64,000 nt of DNA from Elainellaceae cyanobacterium (lineage in GTDB: Bacteria > Cyanobacteriota > Cyanobacteriia > CAZCXK01). The notes beneath the pieces are model-generated. The model did not search any database and was not told where the DNA came from. It saw only the letters and a program-made list of their open reading frames with translations. Both the position numbers and the translations under genes were made by a program. The stretch lies in the NCBI GenBank assembly GCA_051117555.1, contig JBNPEG010000074.1, positions 1 through 64,000 on the forward strand, written 5' to 3'. Shown here one piece after another: positions 28,396 to 37,509 of the stretch. Every line of letters begins with the position of its first letter. Positions within the stretch are counted from its first letter, which is position 1.

Positions 28396-30915
28396 TTAGA
28401 ATTCGACGGAAACAGAACCAATAACGGTCAACGGGGCACCGGGTTCGATCGCCACCCTGCCGAAATTGTTTGCAATAAAGTAGTCGATGTCAAACAGGTT
28501 CTGGATGTTAACGGCAGCTCGCCAGCGATCGCGTTCATAAAAGACGGCGGCATCTGTCCGCACATAAGACGGCAAATCGAAGGTATCGAAGAAATCTCCG
28601 GCTCGTTCTCCCACATAAAACAAGCCTGCTCCAAAGCCCAGTCCTTGTAGGTTGCCGTTCTGAATTTCGTAGGTCGTCCACAGACTAGCACTATGCTCAG
28701 GAACGTTTGAAATTCGGCTTCCTTCAGTTAACCCAAACACTTCTTCCGTAATTTCGGCGTCGATGTAACTGTAGGACGCAATGACGTTCCATCCGGGTAA
28801 AATGCGCCCGATCACATCCAGTTCTACTCCTTGACTGCGCTGCTCTCCAGCAGGAATCGTGAAATCTGGGTTGTCCGGGTCAGTCGTCGCTACATTGTCT
28901 TTAACAATCCGATAGAGCGCTAAGCTTGCCGTCAAGCCTCCGTCTAAGAACTCACCGCGTGCTCCAATTTCAAACTGAGTGCCGCGTTCAGGGTCAATGA
29001 AGGAACCATCGACCTGAGTACCAAAGTTGGGCTGGAACGACCGAGCAAAGTTGGCGTAGAGGGAGAGCGGTTCGATGGGTTGGTACAGCAGTCCGACAGT
29101 AGGGCTGAAAGCATCCGGCTCCTGTTCAGAGGTGGTGTCTGAGAGGAAATCGCGACTTTCCTGCTCTACGAAATCTAATCGTCCGCCCAGCAGCAGCTTG
29201 AAGTTATCGGTGATTTCAATCAGATCCTGTAAATAAAGGCCGAGAGAATCCGTGCGATTGAGATTGTCACGTACGACGACGGTTAGATCATCAAAGTCGG
29301 GGATTGGAATTTGGTCATACTCTGGGTCAAAGACATCAATATCAGGAGTAAGGTCTGGTGGCAAGCGTCGCTGAGTGCCTCCAGAGGTTTGTCGAGACAG
29401 GTCAATGCCAAAAATTAAGCGATGGTCGATTGGTCCTGTTGTAAACTGTCCCTGAACTTCATTTTGAAGGGTATAGCTTTCGGAAACATCGTCATTAGAG
29501 CGAAAGTTTCTAGAAAGGAGTCCCGTCTCCTCATCCAGAGCCAGGGGTTCCGCCCGAAAATCAATGTCGTCTACCGTCACCACGCGGAAGGCACTGCGAA
29601 TTTCCCAGTTGTCGCTCAACTGATGATTAAATCGGTAGCCTGCACTGATTTCCTCGACGTCCCGAAAGTCGTCCGGTTCCCCGAAGAAGCGCCGAACGGG
29701 GACATCGATGACGTCCCGACCAACCGCTAGCAGACCTCGGTCAAAGGGGCGTTCGTCATCGAGGTAGCTAAATTCAAGGACTAAATCGGTGCGATCGCCA
29801 ATATCCAATGCCAGGACGGGGGCAACAAAGAACCGCTGCACGTCTTGATTTAAGTCCCGGAATCCGTCCGAGTGCTCATAGGCAGCATTCAATCGATAGC
29901 GTAGTGCACCATCAGTGGTAATCGGGCCAGAGAAATCAAGCGTTGGGCGCACAAATTCAAAGCTACCGATTTCCAGTTCTGCGGCATAGAAAGGAAAAGG
30001 AAGGGGTTGCTCAGTGACGATATTGATCGCACCTCCGGGTTCAATATTGCCAAACAGAATCGATGCAGGCCCCTTCAAAACCTCAATGCGTTCAATATTA
30101 GAGGTTTCAAAGATATTGGAAGGGTCTCGAAACCCATCTCGGAAGATATCCCCTGAGAAAAATCCTCGAATATTGAACTGGTCTGCCGTTCCTGCGAAAC
30201 CACCATCCTGAACGACGCCACTGACGTTGCGAAGAGCGTCCCTAATCCGGGTGGCGGCTTGATCCTCAATCACTTCGTCGGGAATGATCTGCACCGATCG
30301 CGGCAGATCTCGTAGGGGAATATCAAGTCGAGTGACATCGGGCGTTGGAGGCAAAGCATAGTCATCCTGCTCTCCTGTCACCACGATTTGAATGGCATCA
30401 TCAGCGTCTCCTACTTGTGCAACTCCGGGAATTACACCCAGAGTCAAGCCTGTCTCCGTTGCAATCACATCAGCCGTCGGCGGCGCATCCGTTCCCGTAA
30501 TCGTCACCTGCACGCGACTGTCAGATAGATTCATGGCGCTCACTAGAGCAATTCCCTCGGCAGGCTCAAATTGCTCAAAGCGATCATCTCCACCCGGTAA
30601 GGCCAACACTGCACTAGGAATCTCCAGAATCAAGGCATTTCCCACAATCTCAGTGGTAGGACGCGCCAGTTCTTCACCTGCCGTTTGCAGCGCGATCGCC
30701 AATCCGTCTTCCGAAGACTCAAGCTGGATATCAGTAATTTGTGTTAGCGATGCTTCAATCTGTGCCATCCAATCTGAAACGGTCGTTGCCGGAGCATCAC
30801 CTTCTACGTCAGATGAAACGGCTTCGACTGAAGGCGAGTTTGCCCAGGCTCCCGAAAGAGGCAGCAGAGATAGGATGCTCGTGACAATAAACAGAGATTG
30901 CAGTCGGTTCAACAT
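28396..30915 (-). CDS. TonB-dependent siderophore receptor with AMIN domain, FhuA-like (TBDT-4)
   Basis: LPRSVQIIP, RIEVLKGPASILFG, GEQRSQGVELD, terminal F; clear paralog of TBDT-3. Confidence 0.93.
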   Translation of the reverse strand: MLNRLQSLFIVTSILSLLPLSGAWANSPSVEAVSSDVEGDAPATTVSDWMAQIEASLTQITDIQLESSEDGLAIALQTAGEELARPTTEIVGNALILEIPSAVLALPGGDDRFEQFEPAEGIALVSAMNLSDSRVQVTITGTDAPPTADVIATETGLTLGVIPGVAQVGDADDAIQIVVTGEQDDYALPPTPDVTRLDIPLRDLPRSVQIIPDEVIEDQAATRIRDALRNVSGVVQDGGFAGTADQFNIRGFFSGDIFRDGFRDPSNIFETSNIERIEVLKGPASILFGNIEPGGAINIVTEQPLPFPFYAAELEIGSFEFVRPTLDFSGPITTDGALRYRLNAAYEHSDGFRDLNQDVQRFFVAPVLALDIGDRTDLVLEFSYLDDERPFDRGLLAVGRDVIDVPVRRFFGEPDDFRDVEEISAGYRFNHQLSDNWEIRSAFRVVTVDDIDFRAEPLALDEETGLLSRNFRSNDDVSESYTLQNEVQGQFTTGPIDHRLIFGIDLSRQTSGGTQRRLPPDLTPDIDVFDPEYDQIPIPDFDDLTVVVRDNLNRTDSLGLYLQDLIEITDNFKLLLGGRLDFVEQESRDFLSDTTSEQEPDAFSPTVGLLYQPIEPLSLYANFARSFQPNFGTQVDGSFIDPERGTQFEIGARGEFLDGGLTASLALYRIVKDNVATTDPDNPDFTIPAGEQRSQGVELDVIGRILPGWNVIASYSYIDAEITEEVFGLTEGSRISNVPEHSASLWTTYEIQNGNLQGLGFGAGLFYVGERAGDFFDTFDLPSYVRTDAAVFYERDRWRAAVNIQNLFDIDYFIANNFGRVAIEPGAPLTVIGSVSVEF

Positions 30916-30931
30916 GACTCCACACACTAGT

Positions 30932-30946
30932 TGATATTCATTCTTG
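30932..30946. promoter_or_regulatory. Fur-like box upstream of TBDT-4
   Basis: TGATATTCATTCTTG. Confidence 0.6.
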
Positions 30947-30991
30947 ATAAGAAGCCTACCAGGTGCAGAATACCTGCAATAAACTCGGCTT

Positions 30992-31031
30992 AACGTTAAA
31001 CGGAACGGTTTGAACGCTAGACGGAATTTTT
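30992..31031 (-). promoter_or_regulatory. Tandem direct repeat, putative AraC operator (cassette 4)
   Basis: Plus strand AACGTTAAACGGAA (30992) and AACGCTAGACGGAA (31013), 21-bp period; distal copy contains the AraC-5 stop. Confidence 0.7.
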
Positions 31032-32027
31032 GTGTTGAACTAAATAGTGCTTAGGGGAAACGCCAAACTTTTTGCGAAACGCTGCCGCAAAATAGCTGCG
31101 ATTGGCAAAGCCGATGGCACGAGCCACTTCAGAGACATTCAGGTGACGGCTTTGTAAGAGCTGGCGAGCCTGCTCTAGGCGATAGTCGTGCAGATAGCCA
31201 AAGGCAGTTGTTCCAAAGACCTGGCGAAATCCTCGCTTGAGCGTGCAGTCGTTCAGACCTACTTGTCGCGCGAGATCCAGTAAAGAGGGGGGCTGATCTA
31301 TCTGGTTCATCAGAATCTCTTTGGCCTGATGGATGCGATCGATATCGTCGGGCTTAAGCCCAGATAAGGAATTCGATTCGTGGTGTACCGTTTGCTCTTG
31401 TTCAATCAGGAGCGTCATCAGCTCCCAAATCTTGCTTTCCAGATACATCCTCTGAGTCATCTCCCGAAATGGACAGCTTAGGAGCTGATGCACGACCATT
31501 TGCATGGCTGGAGTGGTGGTGCCAGAGCGGATGTAATATGGGTCACTTGAGTTGCGAACGAGGTGTTGGAGAGTGTCTGGTAAACTTCCGTCTGAAACTG
31601 CCAGAAACGAGTACAGTTGCTCAGGGGCGATATGAACATTCAACGACCGAATGCGCCTGCATCCGGGTAAGTGATGGCGTTCTTGAAGTGCCGTGCCGCT
31701 ACCGTACAGCACATATTCGCCTGCCATGTAGCTGCTGTCGCGATCGCCCTCTTCTTCCGGCAAAAAGAAGCTGTACTCCAGACAGTGCTCTCGTTCGGGC
31801 AATTGAATGATGAGGTCGTCGTGCAGGCAATAGTCGGCGATCGCCAGTTCAATATCTCCGCGCAGGTCAAACTCCTGATACTGTCCGTGCCCCAGCCGCT
31901 TTGGAAAGGGATGAACGTTGTTCATTTCCTCCAAATTACGTTGAGCAGGTTGACAAAGCTGAGCTGCTTTCTGTTCAGACTCCTGAAAGACTGCCCAGTA
32001 GTCAGGTTGTGACAGGATAACCGTCAT
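31017..32027 (-). CDS. PchR-like AraC family regulator (AraC-5)
   Basis: MYLESKIWEL, VGLNDCTLKRGFRQVFG, IGFANRSYFAAAFRKKFG. Confidence 0.92.
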   Translation of the reverse strand: MTVILSQPDYWAVFQESEQKAAQLCQPAQRNLEEMNNVHPFPKRLGHGQYQEFDLRGDIELAIADYCLHDDLIIQLPEREHCLEYSFFLPEEEGDRDSSYMAGEYVLYGSGTALQERHHLPGCRRIRSLNVHIAPEQLYSFLAVSDGSLPDTLQHLVRNSSDPYYIRSGTTTPAMQMVVHQLLSCPFREMTQRMYLESKIWELMTLLIEQEQTVHHESNSLSGLKPDDIDRIHQAKEILMNQIDQPPSLLDLARQVGLNDCTLKRGFRQVFGTTAFGYLHDYRLEQARQLLQSRHLNVSEVARAIGFANRSYFAAAFRKKFGVSPKHYLVQHKNSV

Positions 32028-32049
32028 GGCGATCGCGTTTAGAAATTAA

Positions 32050-32064
32050 TAGGAATGAATTGCA
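32050..32064. promoter_or_regulatory. Fur-like box upstream of AraC-5
   Basis: TAGGAATGAATTGCA in an AT-rich context. Confidence 0.5.
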
Positions 32065-32115
32065 ATTATTAAATCACGAAACTCCACAAAGGTTAATAGA
32101 CCTGGAATATGTCCG

Positions 32116-33933
32116 CTAACAGATATACGCCGATGGCAATTCATCAAAGGTGCCTTCCATTTCGATTCTGCCGTGGTTGAGCAGGATGATGCGATCGCTC
32201 CGCTCCAGCACTGTGGGGCGATGGGAAACGACAAGGTAAGTTGGGGATTTTGGATTTGGGATTTGGGATTTGGGATTTGGGTGTGACTGGTGGGAAAAGA
32301 GGCGGGTCCAGAGTTTTTGCTCGGTTTCAACATCTAGGGCGCTGGAGAGATCATCAAAAATCAGCAGGTCGGGTTGGCGAATCACCATACGGGCGGCGGC
32401 GGTGCGTTGAAGTTGTCCACCCGAAAGGCGCATTCCTTTGGGGCCAATCAAAGTGTCGAGTCCGTCGGGCATAGTGGCCAGGTCTTGGTCAAAGACGGAA
32501 AGAGTAGTCGCCTGTCTTAATTGCTCATCGGTTTGTTCCAATCCCAATAAAATATTTTCTCGAAGTGTACTGCTGAAGAGTTGTGGCACTTGAGGTGTAT
32601 AAGCACTGCGAGGCGGCACGAAAAATTCAGCAGGATTAGTGACTAGATGACCATTCCAATAAATCTCTCCCGACTGCAAGGGCAACAGCCCCATTAACAC
32701 TCGCAATAGGGTTGTTTTTCCAGAGCCCACCTGTCCCGTAATCACGGTGAAACTACCGCGTTTGAGTTGAAGGGAAACATCCGCGATACCTCGATTCGTG
32801 CCGGGATAGTGGTAGGTCAAGTTCTGCGCTACCAGATCGCGCAGAGGTTCGGGGGTCAATTCTTCAGGCGCTTGAATTTCAGGATGTTCAGGTCGTCGTC
32901 CGATGATGGGCTTCAAGTAGAGCGGATGGTGAGCGACAATGGCGTTTGCATCGGTGTTGAGCAAGCCTTCCATGCGTTCCAACGAGACTTCACTTTGTTT
33001 CGTGAGAGTCAGGAATCCTCCTAAAAAGCTGAGGAAGTATGTGACATAGGATAGGTAATACACAAACAGGGCAAAGTCTCCCACTGAGAGCGCGCCAACT
33101 TGCGATCGCATCGACTGAGCCGCAATTAGGAGAATCGCTCCGGTACCGATGCTGACTAAATTTTCAAAGCTTGATTCCAAAATTGCGGTGAGCAACTGAT
33201 CGCGTATCATCAACTGCTGGCGGCGATCGCACAATTGACGAAAATGGTTGAGCACCGTTTCCTCTGCCCCAGCCACTTTCACCGCCTGCACCGATGCAAA
33301 CACCTCTCCAATCATGCTGGTCACTTGCTGCGTCGCCTGACGACTAGCCCGACGGTATCGCTTAATGCGATCGGTAATGCGGTGGAGAATCACCGCCATC
33401 CCCATCAGCGGCAAAAATACGAATAAGGTAATTCTGGCATTGACGCTCAGCAACAGCACCAAAGAACCGACCGCAAAGACGCCTTCCCCCAGAATTTCGT
33501 TGGTGCCTACTACGTTATCTTCAATTTGGCTGGCGTCTTCTCGAAAGAAGCTAATCACCGCACCGGGGGAAATCGGGCGATCCGTATTGCTGAGGGTCAG
33601 AGGCTCCGCACCGGGACGCTGCATCAACCCTCTCAGTAAGTTATGGCGTACCAGAGCACTCATGGTGAAGCGGTGCTGGGTTTTGGTGATTCGTCCGGTG
33701 AAAATGACCGTGATACGGGCCAGGCCGATGGCGAGAAATAGGGCAACCCAAGCCCAGGCAGACAGGGTAAACGAGGATTGATGCGTGAGAGCGTTGAAAA
33801 ATTCCCGAATCAAAATGCCGGGAACGGCAGGCAGCCCCGCAATCAAGAGCCAGAGCACAGTATCCACCCAGTAAAGCCGCTGGGCGTAGCGAATCATTCG
33901 CCAGATGAGGTGCCAGATTGAAGAGTGCGTCAT
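32116..33933 (-). CDS. Half-size ABC transporter (TMD+NBD), subunit B
   Basis: Walker A GQVGSGKT, signature LSGGQ, degenerate Walker B IFDDL, H-loop SHR. Confidence 0.92.
   Translation of the reverse strand: MTHSSIWHLIWRMIRYAQRLYWVDTVLWLLIAGLPAVPGILIREFFNALTHQSSFTLSAWAWVALFLAIGLARITVIFTGRITKTQHRFTMSALVRHNLLRGLMQRPGAEPLTLSNTDRPISPGAVISFFREDASQIEDNVVGTNEILGEGVFAVGSLVLLLSVNARITLFVFLPLMGMAVILHRITDRIKRYRRASRQATQQVTSMIGEVFASVQAVKVAGAEETVLNHFRQLCDRRQQLMIRDQLLTAILESSFENLVSIGTGAILLIAAQSMRSQVGALSVGDFALFVYYLSYVTYFLSFLGGFLTLTKQSEVSLERMEGLLNTDANAIVAHHPLYLKPIIGRRPEHPEIQAPEELTPEPLRDLVAQNLTYHYPGTNRGIADVSLQLKRGSFTVITGQVGSGKTTLLRVLMGLLPLQSGEIYWNGHLVTNPAEFFVPPRSAYTPQVPQLFSSTLRENILLGLEQTDEQLRQATTLSVFDQDLATMPDGLDTLIGPKGMRLSGGQLQRTAAARMVIRQPDLLIFDDLSSALDVETEQKLWTRLFSHQSHPNPKSQIPNPKSPTYLVVSHRPTVLERSDRIILLNHGRIEMEGTFDELPSAYIC
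32245..32281 (-). repeat. STRR-like heptamer repeat inside ABC-B
   Basis: (CCAAATC)n encoding PNPKSQIPNPKSP. Confidence 0.75.
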
Positions 33934-34251
33934 CGTACTATTTTAGATTTGCAATTTTAGATTTAATAAATCGTCCCTTTCCTACTACAAATAGTGAAAC
34001 AAAAGTGCCATAGAAAATTCGTCTTTCCAATCTAAAACCAATTCTTCTAAGTAAGGCTACAAATGAACAGGCTAGAACTCTTGCAAGGCTGGTGGCCGTC
34101 AATCCAAAATCGCAAATCCAAAATCGAGAATTAGTATTAGACCCTGTGGGAGCAGGGTTTGTCCGTGTAGCTGGTGACTTTAGTCGCCAAGGCAACAAAG
34201 AACAAAACGTTCCAAACTCCTCTTAACAAATCAGGCTTACGGGCAGCGGCA

Positions 34252-36651
34252 TTATTCCTGAACCGTAACTGTATAGTTCTGCCCTTGCCATTCGTGGGTA
34301 TCTGTCCAGAAAAAGGTAAAACATATCGACGCGCACTCACGCAAGATGATCGGGATATCGACATATTCGATGCCAAGTTGCGTCTCGATCGCGAGGGTGT
34401 CTGCAAACGATGCCCAACCATCTGCCGACCACCGCAGCCGAAAGGGTCGAGGAGCCTGAATTCTGAATGTGTAGTCGGGTTTGACGGTTGGAACTTGACG
34501 ATTGAGCTTCCAAATCTCTAGACGCTGACACTGAGTGCGATCGCGATACCGTTCGCCCACGTTAGGAACATAATCAAACATCTGTCCCTCCCACGTCGAG
34601 CGCAGCAGTTTGACATATTCAGCATGAGCCCAAATTAGCGGCATGGACGACCCCGTGGGACGCCCCAGATACATATGAACATCGGGGCGATCGCCCTCAT
34701 CCCAAACTTGTTCAGGCAGCAAGCCCGTACAAGACGCGAGTTGCTCCATTGCTTGAATATAAGAGCTGACATCTCCTCCGGCTGCCAGTTCATAATGACC
34801 TCGTTCGGCAGTTAGCAGAGGCCACGATCGCCCCGTTCCCCATCCTTGCCACGCGCTGCCATCCTCTCGCTGCCCATGTCCATCATGATTGTAGCGACGC
34901 CATACCGGCCCCAACGGCGTTTCCGTTTTAAGAACAGCATCAATCACGCGAACTGAGTCTTGGATCACCGGATCATGGGGGCTGCGAATGCCATAGCGCA
35001 CCAATTCTAGAAAACTTGGGTCAACGACATCTTTGGCTGGAAACTCCTGTTGAGCATCGGGATGTCGATGGGGAATGTATAGCATGCCTCGATTGGGGTC
35101 TTCGTCTGGGCAGGGGTCGTTAACCCGAGCCGGATGAATGCGAATATAATGCCGCGGAATATCTGGAACTAAAGCTCCTTGGGTGGTCACAGTCCATGAT
35201 TCGATATGGCATTCAAGAAAATCGGCATACTCTTCGATAAATTGAGCCGTCGACGCGTCTCCTCGTTCACGTATCCAGCAGGCAGCACAAATCAATGCCG
35301 CAATGTTAACGGCTAAGGTGGCTGGAGAATACCCGCTTGACTGTTCCCATCTCTCTTGCTGGGTCGCAGGGCCGTGATAAATCAGATATCGAGCTGCCGC
35401 CCTCACCATCGGATACGGATCAAAGTTGCGCAGGGCATCCGAGCAATGGAGCCGCCATGCTAGCAAAATGGGAAATGCCACTTCGTCAAGCTGTGCGCCG
35501 CCTCGCTCCGGTGTCCCGTCAATCCAAAAGTTTTGAGGGAATCCGCCGCTTTCTTGCTGCGACATTGCCAAATAAATGAGTGCCCGAAGCGGGGTTTCGG
35601 TTTCTCCTGCCGCAATGAGAGCTGTCGCACTACTAACCATGTCTCGCGGCCAGACAAAATGGTAGCCTCCATACTGGCTCTCGTCTCCTTTGACCTGTCC
35701 CCAGGGAATTGACAGCGAGGCAATCATTGCCCCCTGATAGGTTTTATCTTCGTGAGCGAGGATCAGGCTGATGCTCTGGTTATAGAGCGTTCCGTCATCG
35801 TGAGCAACCTCGTGTAACGGGGGACGTTTGTCGCAGGTGCGCTCCCATTGTTCAACAAAGCGATCGCAATGATGGTGAAATGAAACATCGAGCGACTGAA
35901 ACAACGTGGTCGTGGCTCGATGGAGCGTATCCCCAAAGGAAACGGCCAGCGTAAATTCATACCCGCTCGATAAATCTAACTCTCCCGTCAGAGCAATATT
36001 GCCGTCTAATGCCTGGTCAAACTCCCAATCCATCTGATAGTTGTCAGCTAAATCTTGCCATCCATCGCTTGCGCCGACATAGCCACACGACAGGCGTTTG
36101 AATGGAACCGTCGCCGCTAGAGCTAGCCAAAATCCTTCGTTTTCAGCAACCAGAATGTCGCGTCCGGCAACCTGCATGACATAGCCACTGTTGCCCCATC
36201 CACCTAAATTTAGATGGGGCGCACACAGCGCATACAGATGAAGTTGAGAAAGCACGGCTTCATCGCCGGTCAATCGAGTGCGTTGCAGTACGGTGGGCAA
36301 GTGGGGATCACTGATGATGTCTTTGTGAATCGCATATCGACCGTCTGGGTCATAATTTGTGATGCGATACCCCAGGGCGTGTTGCCATGCCCGCTCGGTA
36401 TGGCTTTCTAAATGCCGCTTCTCTTCATGAAAAAAGCTCTTTCCATCGCTGACCAAATACTGCAAATCGCGCATTTGGGGCTGATCAATCGTGGGATAGT
36501 AGATTTCTGTGACAACACCATTCCACAAAGTAAACCAGGTACAGCTCGAGACTGAATACGCCGTGCTGATGCCGTCTTTGCTGCCGTGAGTCCAACGAGG
36601 CTCAATGCCTGGATGCCCAAACGCCTGACGCTGTCCTCGTAGTTTCGCCAT
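34252..36651 (-). CDS. Glucoamylase/glucodextranase-like GH15 enzyme
   Basis: AFGHPGIEPRWT, IASLSIPWG, GGYHFVWPRD, QLDEVAFPI, QERWE, LLPEQVWD, PLIWAHAEY. Confidence 0.9.
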   Translation of the reverse strand: MAKLRGQRQAFGHPGIEPRWTHGSKDGISTAYSVSSCTWFTLWNGVVTEIYYPTIDQPQMRDLQYLVSDGKSFFHEEKRHLESHTERAWQHALGYRITNYDPDGRYAIHKDIISDPHLPTVLQRTRLTGDEAVLSQLHLYALCAPHLNLGGWGNSGYVMQVAGRDILVAENEGFWLALAATVPFKRLSCGYVGASDGWQDLADNYQMDWEFDQALDGNIALTGELDLSSGYEFTLAVSFGDTLHRATTTLFQSLDVSFHHHCDRFVEQWERTCDKRPPLHEVAHDDGTLYNQSISLILAHEDKTYQGAMIASLSIPWGQVKGDESQYGGYHFVWPRDMVSSATALIAAGETETPLRALIYLAMSQQESGGFPQNFWIDGTPERGGAQLDEVAFPILLAWRLHCSDALRNFDPYPMVRAAARYLIYHGPATQQERWEQSSGYSPATLAVNIAALICAACWIRERGDASTAQFIEEYADFLECHIESWTVTTQGALVPDIPRHYIRIHPARVNDPCPDEDPNRGMLYIPHRHPDAQQEFPAKDVVDPSFLELVRYGIRSPHDPVIQDSVRVIDAVLKTETPLGPVWRRYNHDGHGQREDGSAWQGWGTGRSWPLLTAERGHYELAAGGDVSSYIQAMEQLASCTGLLPEQVWDEGDRPDVHMYLGRPTGSSMPLIWAHAEYVKLLRSTWEGQMFDYVPNVGERYRDRTQCQRLEIWKLNRQVPTVKPDYTFRIQAPRPFRLRWSADGWASFADTLAIETQLGIEYVDIPIILRECASICFTFFWTDTHEWQGQNYTVTVQE

Positions 36652-36984
36652 CGTTCTTTGCCCGTGCGATCGCCCGTCTGCCAACAAAAATTGGACAGAT
36701 ATATCTTTGATCCTACTGTATCAAATAGCGCGCTTCCATCCATCCCTAGAGGTAGCCGCCTGCTTAGGTCGGCTATGATATTGGTTGAATGCCCTCCACA
36801 AAGCATCTTAGAGATGGTATCGTGCAATACATCTGTTGATATCAGCCTGGGTGATCCTACTCGGTAGGGCAATTTTCCGCTAGAGAGCCTACATCAAAGC
36901 CATTGAGCACGCGCTCTAAAGCGTGCCTTAGTGCACGCCGCAGATGGTTCACCATCACACTTGAGTTCATCAACCTGTTAATTC

Positions 36985-37509
36985 ATGTCAGATCTTTATG
37001 TGAGTTGGTCAGAGTACCATCGAAAAATTGAGCAATTGGCAGCAATTGTTTATCAATCAGACTGGGAATTTAACCAGATTATCTGCCTTGCCAAGGGAGG
37101 GTTGCGGGTTGGCGACATTCTTGCCCGCATTTTTGATGTGCCTCTCGCCATCTTGTCCACCTCATCCTATGGGGGAGCAAATAATAAGGTTCGAGGGTCA
37201 ATCACCTTTTCTCGTGATCTCTCGATGACGACCGCCAATCTAGGGAATCGAGTCTTGCTGGCAGACGACTTAGCCGATTCAGGTGTGACGCTTAAGAAAA
37301 CCGTGCAGTGGCTTGATCACCATTACGGGTTTTATATCGATGAGCTGCGAACTGCTGTGTTGTGGTACAAAGATTGTTCGGTGATTAAGCCCGATTACTA
37401 TGCAGATTATCTACCCGAAAATCCTTGGATTCATCAGCCGTTTGAAATGTATGAGCAAATGAATCCGGCTGATTTGCTGAAAACCCGGTATTCAACGCCG
37501 GTTCAATAA
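36985..37509 (+). CDS. Purine phosphoribosyltransferase family protein (Gpt-like)
   Basis: LAKGGL, PRPP-binding motif VLLADDLADSGVT, WIHQPFE. Confidence 0.88.
   Translation: MSDLYVSWSEYHRKIEQLAAIVYQSDWEFNQIICLAKGGLRVGDILARIFDVPLAILSTSSYGGANNKVRGSITFSRDLSMTTANLGNRVLLADDLADSGVTLKKTVQWLDHHYGFYIDELRTAVLWYKDCSVIKPDYYADYLPENPWIHQPFEMYEQMNPADLLKTRYSTPVQ

Noticed and set aside
34140..34250. REP-like or riboswitch-like sequence between glucoamylase and ABC-B
   Set aside because: No convincing stem partner or known aptamer consensus found
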